Assembly (NCBI GenBank): GCA_001002325.1 | Contig: LCNZ01000006.1 | Span: forward strand, 110,492-174,491 | Length of the DNA: 64,000 nt | Direction of reading: 5' to 3' | Origin: Candidatus Amesbacteria bacterium GW2011_GWB1_47_19 | GTDB taxonomy: Bacteria; Patescibacteriota; Microgenomatia; CAZETR01; Amesbacteraceae | Shown: positions 1 to 10,308 of the stretch, piece after piece | Numbering within the stretch: the first letter of the stretch is position 1 | Layout of the letters: every line of letters begins with the position of its first letter | The notes under the pieces: model-generated | What the model saw: the letters and a program-made list of their open reading frames with translations, nothing else | Database searches by the model: none | What the model was told of the DNA's origin: nothing | Translations under genes and position numbers: made by a program

Positions 1-124
1 TTGAATATTTGGAGGGATATGGATCAACTCCAAGACTTCTCAGTTTAGACAATTTGTCCATCCTGACCCGGCGGATTTCTTCTAGGCGGGAGCCGGGAGG
101 TGCTGGATTGCCCATGAGGCGATT

Positions 125-571
125 CTACTGGATAGCGAGGATGGTGTACAGAATTTTTCCGGCAGGGGCGGCGACTTCCACCTTGTCCCCCACAGCTTTA
201 CCAATGAGGGCTTTGCCCAGAGGTGACTGGGCGGAAATTTTCTTTTGAGCCGGATCGGCCTCCCATTCCCCCACTATCCGGAATACGGTCTCGGTAGAGT
301 TAACCTTGACCGTCACCAAATGGCCGAAATCGATCAGGGAGCCAGATTTGGGCAAAGTGACTTTGGCATTTCTAATAATGTCTTCCAGTTCGGAAATACG
401 GCCGTCAATAAAGGATAATTCCTCTTTGGCACTGATGTAGTCGCTATTTTCCGACAAATCGCCCATACTGCGGGCTACTGACAGACGGTTGACCTGGGCG
501 GGACGGCGGGTATCCGTGAGATCCGCCAATTCGGCCTTGAGTTCGTCAAGACCTACCTGGGTAATGAGCAT
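125..571 (-). CDS. greA: Transcription elongation factor GreA
   Basis: The ORF 125..667 contains GreA-like sequence (LITQVGLDELKAEL..., C-terminal FKBP-like domain). The likely start is the internal Met giving about 148 aa; upstream in-frame Mets look spurious. Confidence 0.85.
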   Translation of the reverse strand: MLITQVGLDELKAELADLTDTRRPAQVNRLSVARSMGDLSENSDYISAKEELSFIDGRISELEDIIRNAKVTLPKSGSLIDFGHLVTVKVNSTETVFRIVGEWEADPAQKKISAQSPLGKALIGKAVGDKVEVAAPAGKILYTILAIQ

Positions 572-747
572 ATTCTGGTGCATATTTTGAAGTGTGTCGA
601 GTCTAAAAAAATAAGCCGCGCCTATAGGCGGGGCCATTAAGTCTCGAGTCTGGGGTATTTTACCCACCTGTCAAGCACTTGTCAATCGAGGCTGAATGTG
701 GGAAATTCGGCCCGTTCATGCCGATTTTCCCGGAGGTAGAATGAAGT

Positions 748-1884
748 ATGCCGTGGGATAAACTGATCGGGATTAAACTGGTAGTACTGATTTGGAGCTG
801 GTATTTCCAGCCTACGGCCATAATCGTCCCCCATCAGAACACGGTCAGGAATATCCGGCAGATGTTTTTTAACCGGACCGCCAAAGCCAGACCGCTGACC
901 AGGACGGTGATACTTTTGTCGCCGGATCATTTTTCCCCAAATCAGGAGAGTATTTTTTTTAGCGACAGAAACTGGACCCTCTCCAATGGTTTATTGGAGT
1001 ATGCTGATCGGACGGGTAAAAATATTACATCGGACTTTTCCAGGAGTAACAGACTGCTGACAATCGATCACGGGATTTATAATATTTTACCGGAAATAAA
1101 AACTTACTTTCCCCGGGCGCGGATTGTACCGCTTTTGGTGGGCGAGAGAGTAAGCCGGAAAAAGCTGGATGCTTTGGCTGACAGATTGTCAGCCAATTGC
1201 CGTTGGGATTGTTTGGTAATAGCTTCGGTGGATTTTTCCCATTACCTGCCACACGCACTGGCGGATGTGCATGATGCTTTCAGTCTGAAAGCATTAGCCG
1301 CACCTGATCCGGATTTGATAATGGCTTCCGAGGCGGACAGCCCGAATTCTCTGTATGTGACCCGCAAATTTTCAGATTTAAGAAAAGCTGATAATTTTTT
1401 GCTGTTTGCTCACACGAATTCAGCCGAAATAATCGGACAGCGGGATACGGAATCGACCAGTCACATTATGGGCTGGTACCGGCGGGGTCGGCGAAATAAT
1501 AAATTCGATACCTTTACTTTTTTGATGACAAAAAATATCAGCGGAGCGCGGGATAAACCCGGTCCGGGAGAAAGGTTTTTTTACGGCACGGAGTACGTGA
1601 ATGAAAATCTGACCGAAACATTCAATCTGATCCGGGGTCTGGAAATTATCCCCGGTGGGAAGGCGTCTAAAGTTACCAGGGAAGCCAATAAACTGACGGT
1701 AAACCTGGGTAAGGATTTGGCTGTGGCGGGAATTGACACCGGAGAAGGAGTGAGAATAATTTTTCTGCCTTTGGGCGAAATATCCGGACAGACTTATCTG
1801 CAGCGCGGGTTGGAGAAAACCGAGTATTTTGACAGATTGGGAATTGACCAAACCGGAGAGATTTTTATTCACTATCAGATGTGA
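748..1884 (+). CDS. MEMO1-family protein (AmmeMemoRadiSam system protein B-like) with an extra C-terminal region
   Basis: It carries Memo-like motifs: IIVPHQN, VILLSPDHF, SVDFSHYLP and a downstream ...AHTNSAEIIG. It has an N-terminal hydrophobic segment and is about 100 aa longer than typical Memo proteins. Confidence 0.5.
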   Translation: MPWDKLIGIKLVVLIWSWYFQPTAIIVPHQNTVRNIRQMFFNRTAKARPLTRTVILLSPDHFSPNQESIFFSDRNWTLSNGLLEYADRTGKNITSDFSRSNRLLTIDHGIYNILPEIKTYFPRARIVPLLVGERVSRKKLDALADRLSANCRWDCLVIASVDFSHYLPHALADVHDAFSLKALAAPDPDLIMASEADSPNSLYVTRKFSDLRKADNFLLFAHTNSAEIIGQRDTESTSHIMGWYRRGRRNNKFDTFTFLMTKNISGARDKPGPGERFFYGTEYVNENLTETFNLIRGLEIIPGGKASKVTREANKLTVNLGKDLAVAGIDTGEGVRIIFLPLGEISGQTYLQRGLEKTEYFDRLGIDQTGEIFIHYQM

Positions 1885-3632
1885 TATGCTCAAAAGCGAG
1901 TCGTATGGAGGCAGAAGTAGTCAATCCGGAGCCTGTAACTGAACCGATTCCGGCAGCCAAACCGCCTTTATCCGGTAAGAAGTGGTTTTATACCGGGGGG
2001 GTTTTGCTTTCCCTGATAGTCTTGGGTGGAGGAATATGGATCATTCGCTGGCAACAGAGGAGAAAGACCCCGGTTATGGAGATCCAGAATCCACCTACCG
2101 GTCCGACAACCGCGCCAACTGACGGTGACAGGATATTGGCCGGTTTTAATCCGGGAAAGGCGACTTGGTATCCGGTGCCTAAAATTATTACCGGAGTGGT
2201 GATTTTCCGCCCCGAAGAAGACGATTCTCAGGAATTTTCACCCCTGGTCACGCAAGAGGCGGTATTTAGTGAGGTGGCCGGTTTTGCAGCGGGTGAACGG
2301 CTGATCGATGTGAGTATTCCCGTACAGGCTCCGGGGATGAGCGGGATGGTGGTCCGGATTCTTAAGTCTGCTGATGGGAAATATTACTATGTAAGACAGG
2401 CCGGGGATGAATGGTGGGAATCGCTGGATGCCAAGTTGCTTCCTGAAGTGGGAGTGACAGAGCAGAAGATTGAGGGGGTTTTGTCTCCTGAAGAGATGAT
2501 GGTAGCGGGGATGACTTTCAGAATCGGCTACATGAGTTATGATAAATTCAGCGAACTGAAAAATCCCATTAAAATAGTCGAGACGGATTACGGGATGTTG
2601 TATCAGACCAGGACAAAAATATTAACCGATAGTGATGTGTTCGGGAGAAAAATTTACTTAAGGCTGAAGGATAATTATGTGGTTCCCTACTCTCTCAAAA
2701 CCTCCCTGTTTGATGACGATAATATTCCTCAAATTAACTGGAATAATAACGCCGAGGAGGATAAGGGCTTTATTAACGGGATGTTTTCCAGTTGCGGGAG
2801 CAGTGCTTTGATGGGTAGTGTCCCCGTGGTACAGGACAGTTCGGGTTTGCTGACAGGGAAGATTCAGACCGGGAAAGCAAAAACCGGAGAACCGGTTTAT
2901 CAAATTAAAGATCCCGGTAATGAGCTGGTGAAATCAATTTATGAGCAGGTGTATCAGGTAGGAAGAGACCAAATGATAACTTTGACAGAATTTGCCGGAC
3001 AAGAGAATCATTTCCTGTGGCAGGACCCGCTGGGCGACTGGCAGATTTGGGTAAACCAGGAATTCGGACCGAATGCAGAGTGCGCCAAACCGGTAATATA
3101 TCTGTATCCGACCGAAGATACCGTAGTAAATGTAAGAGTGGAAGCAAATATTTCTGACAGTAAACCGGTTTACAAAACCGACGGGTGGACGGTGACAGCC
3201 GGCCAGTCGGGAAAGTTGAAAGCGGATGGCATTGTATACGATTATTTATTCTGGGACGGACAGGGGCATGGGGAATACCCGGATCTGAGAGACCGGGGAG
3301 TTGCGGTCAAACAGGCAAACATTGAGACTACTCTGATGAAAAATTTAATGGCATTGGGTTTGAACGATAGGGAGACGGCTGATTTTCTGGAATTCTGGCT
3401 GCCGAAAATGCCGGTTACTCCGTATGTACGGTTAACCTGGCTGGGGACGGCGGAAATGGACCGGTTGGCACCGCTGATAGTATCCCCTGTGCCGGACACC
3501 AAAATCAGGATATTCCTGGAGTTTGAGGGATTGGCCAGACCTAAATATTTGAAACCGCAAAAACTGACGGCTGTGAAACGGGTAGGATTTACACTGGTGG
3601 AATGGGGCGGACTTTTGATTTCGGTCAGGTAA
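1881..3632 (+). CDS. Hypothetical membrane-anchored protein (583 aa)
   Basis: Long ORF with an N-terminal TM helix (GGVLLSLIVLGGGIWIIRW). No recognisable catalytic motif. Confidence 0.6.
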   Translation: MICSKASRMEAEVVNPEPVTEPIPAAKPPLSGKKWFYTGGVLLSLIVLGGGIWIIRWQQRRKTPVMEIQNPPTGPTTAPTDGDRILAGFNPGKATWYPVPKIITGVVIFRPEEDDSQEFSPLVTQEAVFSEVAGFAAGERLIDVSIPVQAPGMSGMVVRILKSADGKYYYVRQAGDEWWESLDAKLLPEVGVTEQKIEGVLSPEEMMVAGMTFRIGYMSYDKFSELKNPIKIVETDYGMLYQTRTKILTDSDVFGRKIYLRLKDNYVVPYSLKTSLFDDDNIPQINWNNNAEEDKGFINGMFSSCGSSALMGSVPVVQDSSGLLTGKIQTGKAKTGEPVYQIKDPGNELVKSIYEQVYQVGRDQMITLTEFAGQENHFLWQDPLGDWQIWVNQEFGPNAECAKPVIYLYPTEDTVVNVRVEANISDSKPVYKTDGWTVTAGQSGKLKADGIVYDYLFWDGQGHGEYPDLRDRGVAVKQANIETTLMKNLMALGLNDRETADFLEFWLPKMPVTPYVRLTWLGTAEMDRLAPLIVSPVPDTKIRIFLEFEGLARPKYLKPQKLTAVKRVGFTLVEWGGLLISVR

Positions 3633-3675
3633 AATTCGAATAGCTGTTGGAAAATTGGTAAAATTCAGGCAAACA

Positions 3676-3749
3676 GGCCCCGTCGTCTAGCGGTCCAGGA
3701 CATCAGGTTCTCATCCTGAAGACCGAGGGTTCGAATCCCTCCGGGGTCA
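3676..3749 (+). tRNA. tRNA-Glu (anticodon CUC)
   Basis: Folded by hand into a cloverleaf: acceptor GGCCCCG/CGGGGTC, D-arm GTCT..GGAC, anticodon stem TCAGG/CCTGA with loop TTCTCAT (CTC), T-arm GAGGG-TTCGAAT-CCCTC, discriminator A. CCA is not encoded. Confidence 0.85.
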
Positions 3750-3899
3750 CATAAACCGGTTGAGTATTTGTAATTTTTTTCCGTTATTTTGAGGATTCCC
3801 AAGGTTAGGACTTTTATAGCCTCGTCTCTTCGGTTATTTCTTTACATATAAACCACTTTTTGGACCCGGACGCGGTTTGGGATATCCCAGTTTGATTGG

Positions 3900-4241
3900 G
3901 TGAGTTCTATTGCATCCCAGGTCAAACGAAGTATAATCGCAAATCAACGCATGCCTGAAGCTTTACCCAAATGCCATCCGATTGATTTTCAGGGTTATCA
4001 TTTTGAGGGAGGTTGCGTAACGGGATTTATCAGATTTCTGTTGGGCAAAGGAGTTCCTACTATTCATCGAAGCGAAGATACCTTTCATTGGTTGGCCCGG
4101 ACTGAAACTCCGGGAGTATTCCAATGTCCGGTTAGGGTTATGGGCAGATGCGATGTGGTTTTTCCCTGCATACCGGAACCTGAAGGAATCCGGGTAATCG
4201 ACGAGGAGCTGCAGACTTCCATCGATAGGCTCAAAGGATAA
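3900..4241 (+). CDS. Hypothetical small protein (113 aa)
   Basis: ORF in otherwise non-coding DNA downstream of tRNA-Glu. No motifs recognised. Confidence 0.3.
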   Translation: MSSIASQVKRSIIANQRMPEALPKCHPIDFQGYHFEGGCVTGFIRFLLGKGVPTIHRSEDTFHWLARTETPGVFQCPVRVMGRCDVVFPCIPEPEGIRVIDEELQTSIDRLKG

Positions 4242-4336
4242 TTCTTTGAAATCATCTGGAAGTTCGGCTGTCGGAATGGTGAGAAGGAATCCGGTGCTCC
4301 TGCCAGGACCAGATTACAGTCATATTGATCCGGATA

Positions 4337-6292
4337 TTAGTCCAGAAGTTTTAATTTATCCAGATAATCGAGAACGGTAATGACGAATTCGGAATGGCTC
4401 CAGGTTAAAGGCGAGGCGGAGATCTGTTCGCCGGTATGCGGGTCCAGCTGCTCTGACAGAAGTCCGGCCGGGGTGGCGTGTTTGGCGGTCCAGGACAGGA
4501 GGCGGCGGACAGCGGCCAGATCGGCCGGTTTTTCTGCCTGAGTCAAATAGTACTGAGCTAACCAGAGGGTGGCGATAAACCAGGGATTACCCGGAAGTGA
4601 AGGGTCTTTTTTGTAATAAGCGTCTCCCTCGTAGCGGGCGACTCCACCGACCAGAGTGGTCAGCCCCAGCCGGAAAAGGGTAAAGGATAAGGCGCGGGTC
4701 AGCTTTTCATCCGAGGGCCCTAACAGACCGAATTTGAAGATACCGTAGACCCCGGAAATATCCACGGTGCGGTCGATAACCGGCGGATCAGCCGAGTAAT
4801 TGATCATTTTGTAAAAGTAGCCGTCTTTGGGGTCGTAAAGATGGGTGAGGATACCGGTTTTGATTTCCGAAGCGGCTGCCAGGTAGCGGGCGGCTTGGTC
4901 TTTTTTGCCCAGGATTTCCGCCAGATTTCCGGCGGCTTTCAGGGCTCCATAAACAGTAGCACTGGTATAAGTTGAAGTGCCGTATTTTTCTTCCCAGATA
5001 TCGTAACTGCTTTTGGGCAGGCCGGTGGCTGGGTAGCGGTAAGAAACCAGAAAATCCGAGGCTTTTTTTATAAGGGAATTATAATGGGCTTCGATAAATT
5101 CCAGATTTCTAGTACTCTGGTAATGCTGCCAAAGTGCGTAAACTACCAGCGCGGTTTCGTCTTCCTGAATCGGCAGTTGCGGCTGTCCGTTTCTGACCCA
5201 GGGGTGCCAGGAACTACCCAGGGACTGATCTACCCGGTACTTGTGCATAAAGAAACCTCCGGGATTGATGACTGAATGGCAAAATTCAAAAAAACGCTGG
5301 GCTACTTCATAATCCCCTGCCCGGTCCAGAGCCATGGCACTGATAGCCCCGTCCCTGGGCCAGACATAACCATAAGTATCCAGGCCGTATTGGAGCAAGT
5401 CCGAATCGCTGGAGGCGATAATACCCCCGCGGCCGTCGGCGTGGGCACGAATTATCAGCAGCGATTTTTTGAAAAGATCAACCACGGGTACCGGCAAATC
5501 CCGGAAATCGGTTTCCCGGCGGTTGGTCCAGGCATGCCAAAAATTGTAGGTACTGTCGATAAGGTGCTGGGGAGTAGATTCCAGGACATAACGGTTCAGA
5601 GTCAAAGCTTCCTCCATAAATTTTGAGGCGGTGATCCAGTAATACATCACCCGGGATTTACCGGCGTCTAAGTTGAGGTGGACACCGATAACCGAATCCA
5701 CCTGGCCGTGTTCAATCGGGTTCTGGGACAAGGTACCATCCTCGGCATCTTTGAAGGTCCCCTCCCGGTTTTCCAGATTGAACAGCCCGGTGCTGTACTC
5801 ATCGAAAGACCGGTCGTCCAATAAGGTATTCACCAAAAAAACCCGCCGGCCTTCGTAGTGCAAAATCACATGATTTTGGGGCTCGAACAAGGCGGTGTCC
5901 CGGCGGAAAGATTCATAGATTTCGAACTGCTGGTTGAAAAAAAGCTTTACCAGGCGGGGACGATCCGCGGTATTGCTGACACTGATGCACCGGATAAAAA
6001 TGTCTTTTTCGTTGTAGACAACGTCGGTAAAATTCAATTTTATCTGCAGGCCGGGATGAGCCGCGGTAATGTCAGTGGCCAGAGAATCGGTCCGGTAAAC
6101 AGAGGAAATCTGCCAGGCGGGATCATCCAGCCAAGAAAAAGAATTTTCCACCCAGACTCCCAAGCGGTGCAGGAACTTGCCGCCGGTGTGGTTTTCCATT
6201 CCCACATAGGGAAAATAGAAATCCCGGACCTGAGCCCGGTGGTCGAGACCGATTAAGAAGTTTCCGTTGGCAAGAACCAGAGAGCGGGGCAT
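4337..6292 (-). CDS. Glycoside hydrolase family 15 (glucoamylase/glucodextranase-like)
   Basis: 651 aa. The N-terminus (LVLANGNFLIGLDHRAQVRDFYFPYVG) is typical of the archaeal/bacterial GH15 N-domain, and an (alpha/alpha)6 domain follows. Confidence 0.8.
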   Translation of the reverse strand: MPRSLVLANGNFLIGLDHRAQVRDFYFPYVGMENHTGGKFLHRLGVWVENSFSWLDDPAWQISSVYRTDSLATDITAAHPGLQIKLNFTDVVYNEKDIFIRCISVSNTADRPRLVKLFFNQQFEIYESFRRDTALFEPQNHVILHYEGRRVFLVNTLLDDRSFDEYSTGLFNLENREGTFKDAEDGTLSQNPIEHGQVDSVIGVHLNLDAGKSRVMYYWITASKFMEEALTLNRYVLESTPQHLIDSTYNFWHAWTNRRETDFRDLPVPVVDLFKKSLLIIRAHADGRGGIIASSDSDLLQYGLDTYGYVWPRDGAISAMALDRAGDYEVAQRFFEFCHSVINPGGFFMHKYRVDQSLGSSWHPWVRNGQPQLPIQEDETALVVYALWQHYQSTRNLEFIEAHYNSLIKKASDFLVSYRYPATGLPKSSYDIWEEKYGTSTYTSATVYGALKAAGNLAEILGKKDQAARYLAAASEIKTGILTHLYDPKDGYFYKMINYSADPPVIDRTVDISGVYGIFKFGLLGPSDEKLTRALSFTLFRLGLTTLVGGVARYEGDAYYKKDPSLPGNPWFIATLWLAQYYLTQAEKPADLAAVRRLLSWTAKHATPAGLLSEQLDPHTGEQISASPLTWSHSEFVITVLDYLDKLKLLD

Positions 6293-6318
6293 ACTGATAA
6301 ATTTTCAGTTTACAATTT

Positions 6319-7539
6319 TCAATTTTCAAATATTTTACTGTTAACTTTTTGTGCAGGCAGACGAAGCTTTAGGTCCTGGAGAATGTTCATAAATGAAATA
6401 AAAGCTTCATAAGGCGATTCGTAGGGATTGAAATACTTGTGGACATCGCCATCCGAAAACCATTTGGTGCACATGTAATAGAAGTGGTCTGAGGTTTGCA
6501 GTTTTCTCCAGTCGTCTATCAGACGGGGATCTTTGGTTTTCAGAATCACCGATTCCAATTGATAAAGTTTGGAGGCCGCGTCGTCCTGCATGGGATTGCC
6601 TAGCCAGGCCGACAAGTCTCTCTCGACGTCGGCCCAGGAAATATAATGAGGTATATCGAGCTCTCCCACTGCAGGTAATTTTTTGACCGCCTCCGAGGGG
6701 GTGACGAAATAATTGTCCGGATGTTTTAGAAGCTCCCCTGGAAGATGGCGCAGGAATTCAAAAATACCGGTGTCCTCCCATTGATGCTCGCCGAAAGTTT
6801 CGTAATCCATGAATAAATTGACGATGTCTCCGCTGCCGTTGACCGCCGACACCCATGACGCAAATTTAGGTGCTGTCAGGGGATAATCCGCCCATTCTTT
6901 GGAAGAAAAACGGAAAGCGATATCATCCGAGAGGCGGTAGTTTTTTAAAAGGAGTTTTGTTTTGGGATTGCCAGGCGGGTGATACAAAAAATTGGGACTG
7001 CGCCAACCCAAAATGTGGTCGGCCCCCTCACAAAGTATACCTTTGTAACCCATACGGGCAATATCGGAGGCTAAATCGTTGTTGTATATCAGTTCCGTAT
7101 TTCTGAAAATTTTTGGAGTCTGACCGAAGATGGATTTGATTTTCCGGCTGTGGAGATTGACCTGACTTTGAAATTCGGTTTTGGAATACAGATACGAAAG
7201 GGAGTGGTAATACGTTTCGGAAAGAATTTCCGCCCGGCCGGTAGCGGCCAGATTCATGAAAGAAGCGAGGGTTTCGGGAGAAAAATCGGCCAGTTGTTCC
7301 AGTACCACCCCGGAAAGAGAGAAACTTATTTTGAATCCGGGATGTTTCTGCAATAAACCCAGAAGAATTTTGTTGGTAGGTAAATACGATTTGCGGGCTA
7401 CCTTTTGAAGAATCTGCCTGTTGTCCAACTTGTCCGATGCATCTGAAAAATATTCATGGGTGTGGCCAATGTCAAAAATCCGGTATTTGCGTAACCGGTA
7501 AGGCTGGTGGACCTGAAAATAAAAACAAATAGCGGACAT
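6319..7539 (-). CDS. Glycoside hydrolase family 57 protein
   Basis: The N-terminal YFQVHQPYRL motif is characteristic of GH57 (amylase/branching enzyme/4-alpha-glucanotransferase). Confidence 0.8.
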   Translation of the reverse strand: MSAICFYFQVHQPYRLRKYRIFDIGHTHEYFSDASDKLDNRQILQKVARKSYLPTNKILLGLLQKHPGFKISFSLSGVVLEQLADFSPETLASFMNLAATGRAEILSETYYHSLSYLYSKTEFQSQVNLHSRKIKSIFGQTPKIFRNTELIYNNDLASDIARMGYKGILCEGADHILGWRSPNFLYHPPGNPKTKLLLKNYRLSDDIAFRFSSKEWADYPLTAPKFASWVSAVNGSGDIVNLFMDYETFGEHQWEDTGIFEFLRHLPGELLKHPDNYFVTPSEAVKKLPAVGELDIPHYISWADVERDLSAWLGNPMQDDAASKLYQLESVILKTKDPRLIDDWRKLQTSDHFYYMCTKWFSDGDVHKYFNPYESPYEAFISFMNILQDLKLRLPAQKVNSKIFEN

Positions 7540-7543
7540 CTGA

Positions 7544-8737
7544 TTATTTTTTGGCTGAGAGGATTTTTTTGTAAATTTCGATGGTTTTGGCGGCAGCAGC
7601 GGCCCAGGAAACTTTTTTGACTTCCTGATGGCCGTTTGTTTTGAGACTGGTATGCAGGGAATTGTATTTGAGAACCGAAAGTATCTGGTTAGCCATTTCG
7701 TCCACGTCCCAAAAATCCACCTTCAGCACATGAGACAGGGTTTCGGAAACGCCGGATTGTTTGGAAATAATGGCGGGAGTGCCGTGGGCAACAGCTTCAA
7801 GGGCGGTGATGCCGAAAGGCTCGGATACGGAAGGCATGACGAATAAATCGGCTGCCTGAAATGCCTGTTTATGAAGCTGACCGCGCAGAAATCCGGCAAA
7901 CAGGACTTTGTCCGACAGGCCCAGTCCGGCAGTCATATTGATCAGCTGACCTTCCATGTCCCCTGAACCGACGAGGATAAAAACGGTTTGAGGGGCAAAA
8001 TCCAGTACCCGGCGAGCGGCTTTGATGAAATAATCCGGGCCTTTTTGCAGAGACAACCGACCGACGTACAGAACAATTTTGAATCCTGCCCGTTTGAGGG
8101 CTGACAGGGGGTTGGATTCCAGGTCTTCGGGGGTAAAATCATCCGGATTGATACCGTTGTGGACGACATTCACCTTTTCCGGAGGGGTCAGATAATATTT
8201 GGCCAGCAGATTTTTGGTGAAATTGCTGACGGCAATTACAGCATCAGCCTGGTCCATACCCTGTTTTTCCAGGGCATAAACCATGGGGTCGATAGAAGCG
8301 CCGCCGGAACGGTCGTATTCGGTAGCGTGGACGTGGGACACCAGGGGTACGCCGGTGGCCTGACTGGCGGCGATACCGGCGGGAAAACACAACCAGTCAT
8401 GGGCATGGATCAGGTCACAATGGTGTTTTTTGGCAATAGCCGCCGCTTTCAGGGAATACTGGTGGACCAGGGAGATGAGGTCACTGACCTGACTATCGGA
8501 GAGGGGGGTACCGTTAATGTTGAGATAAGGGGAAAAATTCGGCCAGTCGAATCCGGAAAGATCAGCGAAGACCAGACGCAGAAAATCGGCCCTGACAGGG
8601 ACTTTTTTGGGCAGGACAAAGGTTACATCAACGTCGGATTGGACCAGCGCCTGGCTTAAGCCATAGCACGCTACGCCCAACCCGCCGCTGTTGCAGGGCG
8701 GAAGCTCCCACCCAAACATCAGCACTCTGATGGGCAT
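7544..8737 (-). CDS. GT4 glycosyltransferase, putative alpha-glucan/glycogen synthase
   Basis: GT-B fold with the EX7E region (EPFGITALEAVAHGTPAI). It sits next to the GH57 and GH15 genes. Confidence 0.75.
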   Translation of the reverse strand: MPIRVLMFGWELPPCNSGGLGVACYGLSQALVQSDVDVTFVLPKKVPVRADFLRLVFADLSGFDWPNFSPYLNINGTPLSDSQVSDLISLVHQYSLKAAAIAKKHHCDLIHAHDWLCFPAGIAASQATGVPLVSHVHATEYDRSGGASIDPMVYALEKQGMDQADAVIAVSNFTKNLLAKYYLTPPEKVNVVHNGINPDDFTPEDLESNPLSALKRAGFKIVLYVGRLSLQKGPDYFIKAARRVLDFAPQTVFILVGSGDMEGQLINMTAGLGLSDKVLFAGFLRGQLHKQAFQAADLFVMPSVSEPFGITALEAVAHGTPAIISKQSGVSETLSHVLKVDFWDVDEMANQILSVLKYNSLHTSLKTNGHQEVKKVSWAAAAAKTIEIYKKILSAKK

Positions 8738-8776
8738 TAAAAGTACTATACTCTAAACAGATATAATAAAAAATAT

Positions 8777-9589
8777 ATGTATTTAGTATTTGATGTAGGA
8801 GGGACCACAATGCGGGTCGCGGGCAGTCCGGACGGAAGGGTGTTGGGGGATATGTCAGCGGGACCTACACCAAAGAAATACAAGCAGGGGGTGGCGGCAC
8901 TGATTGAAAAGCTGCGTTGGGCGAGCGGGAATAAGCCGATAGTGAGAACCGGAGGCGGCATTGCCGGGGTGGTAGAACAGAAAAAAGGCCTGCTGCTAGC
9001 CTCTCCTAACCTACCGGACTGGGTGGAAAAGCCTTTGAAAAACGATTTGGAGAAGGGCTTGGGTTGCCAGGTGGTGCTGGAGAATGATGCTGCCGTAGCA
9101 GGTTTGGGAGAAGCAACAGTGGGGGCTGGCAGGAGAAAAAGCATTGTCGCCTATCTGACAGTGGGGACGGGAATCGGCGGAGCCAGGATAGTCAATGGAA
9201 AAATAGATGCCAGAGCAATGGGTTTTGAGCCGGGACAACAGATAATAAATGTTGACGGACAAGTAGATTATTGGGAAAACTTTGCCTCCGGAACGGCAAT
9301 TTTTAAAATTCACGGTAAAAGGGGAGAAAATATCAAAGATCCGCAGGTGTGGGAGAATGAAGCCCGACTCCTGGCCATAGGGGTGCACAACACTTGTGTG
9401 ATGTGGTCCCCGGAGATTGTAATTATCGGCGGTTCGGTAATGCAAAGCGTATCTTTTGAAAAATTGGGAGTGCTGGTGAATGAACAATTGAAGATTTTTA
9501 CTAAAGTACCGGAGATAGTACCGGCTCAGCTGGGGGAAAAGAGCGGATTTTACGGTGGGTTGATACTGGCGGGCGGGGGAGAATTTTAG
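8777..9589 (+). CDS. ROK-family glucokinase
   Basis: LVFDVGGTTMRVA at the N-terminus and the ROK motif LENDAAVAGLGE. The stop TAG (9587-9589) overlaps the first bases of the REP1 repeat. Confidence 0.8.
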   Translation: MYLVFDVGGTTMRVAGSPDGRVLGDMSAGPTPKKYKQGVAALIEKLRWASGNKPIVRTGGGIAGVVEQKKGLLLASPNLPDWVEKPLKNDLEKGLGCQVVLENDAAVAGLGEATVGAGRRKSIVAYLTVGTGIGGARIVNGKIDARAMGFEPGQQIINVDGQVDYWENFASGTAIFKIHGKRGENIKDPQVWENEARLLAIGVHNTCVMWSPEIVIIGGSVMQSVSFEKLGVLVNEQLKIFTKVPEIVPAQLGEKSGFYGGLILAGGGEF

Positions 9590-9616
9590 CCTTCACACTC
9601 CCGGTGTGTGAAGGCT
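9588..9616. repeat. REP1 palindromic element, copy a
   Basis: AGCCTTCACAC-TCCCGGT-GTGTGAAGGCT forms an 11-bp perfect stem with a 7-nt loop. It overlaps the stop codons of both neighbouring genes. Confidence 0.75.
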
Positions 9617-10289
9617 AGGTGTCGATTAGAAGGTGCTTGATGTGATGTAGTTCTCGTTGGTAATCGGCATTGTTTAAGACGAATTGTCTATATGCCTGCC
9701 TATCAGAAAATAACTCCAATATTATTTTGGGGTTACATGTCTGGTTATAATACTCATGTGTAAATTGTTTGAATGAAGAGTACGGATAATTTTCCAGATC
9801 GGAAAATTTGTTAACAATCCCTGCTGAATAGGGATTAAGATGAATATAACGCGAAACGTGAAGAAGTTGTTGCCCATTGTCAATTTTTACAGCTTTGAAT
9901 CTTCCCTGAAATAAAGGTCCGTTTCTTCTTCGATGAGTATTAAAATATCGGGTATAACTGTTGGTAACTTTCCTGAGAAAATCTGTAATACCCTGATCGG
10001 TTAACTGTTTGACAAGCAAATGAAAATGATTTGGCATCAAACAAAAGGCAATAATTTCAATACCTGAAACTCCCTTATCCCTTCGCTGAAGAATTTCCTG
10101 TTTAAGTGATTTGGAAAGACGAATAAAATAAGAAAATCTTACAGGAGAAGCTAACTTTTGATAGTAGACGCAAGTCTCAAGCAGATGGTCATAATCCCGG
10201 GTATCCAAGAAGGTGAGTTGGTTGGTTATACCGCGATTAAAAACATGATAGACTTCCCCCGGAGTTAAAAATACTTCTCTTGAGGGCAC
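9615..10289 (-). CDS. REP-associated tyrosine transposase (RayT) / IS200-IS605 TnpA-like HUH Y1 protein
   Basis: It has the HUH motif (LMPNHFHLLV), the YHVFNRG N-terminal motif and a catalytic Tyr context (VSRYIHLNP). It has a GTG start and is flanked by two REP1 copies. Confidence 0.75.
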   Translation of the reverse strand: MPSREVFLTPGEVYHVFNRGITNQLTFLDTRDYDHLLETCVYYQKLASPVRFSYFIRLSKSLKQEILQRRDKGVSGIEIIAFCLMPNHFHLLVKQLTDQGITDFLRKVTNSYTRYFNTHRRRNGPLFQGRFKAVKIDNGQQLLHVSRYIHLNPYSAGIVNKFSDLENYPYSSFKQFTHEYYNQTCNPKIILELFSDRQAYRQFVLNNADYQRELHHIKHLLIDT

Positions 10290-10308
10290 GAGTATATTGT
10301 AGCACTTT

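Noticed and set aside
9-248. 79-aa plus-strand ORF at the window start
   Set aside because: It overlaps the well-supported greA on the opposite strand and has Arg/Pro-rich, non-protein-like composition.
3633-4336. Possible integrated element next to tRNA-Glu
   Set aside because: No integrase, no direct repeat of the tRNA 3' end and no compositional shift. There is only one small hypothetical ORF there.
5084-6256. Several 60-130-aa ORFs on the plus strand inside the GH15 gene
   Set aside because: They are antisense to a long, motif-supported CDS and are typical shadow ORFs.
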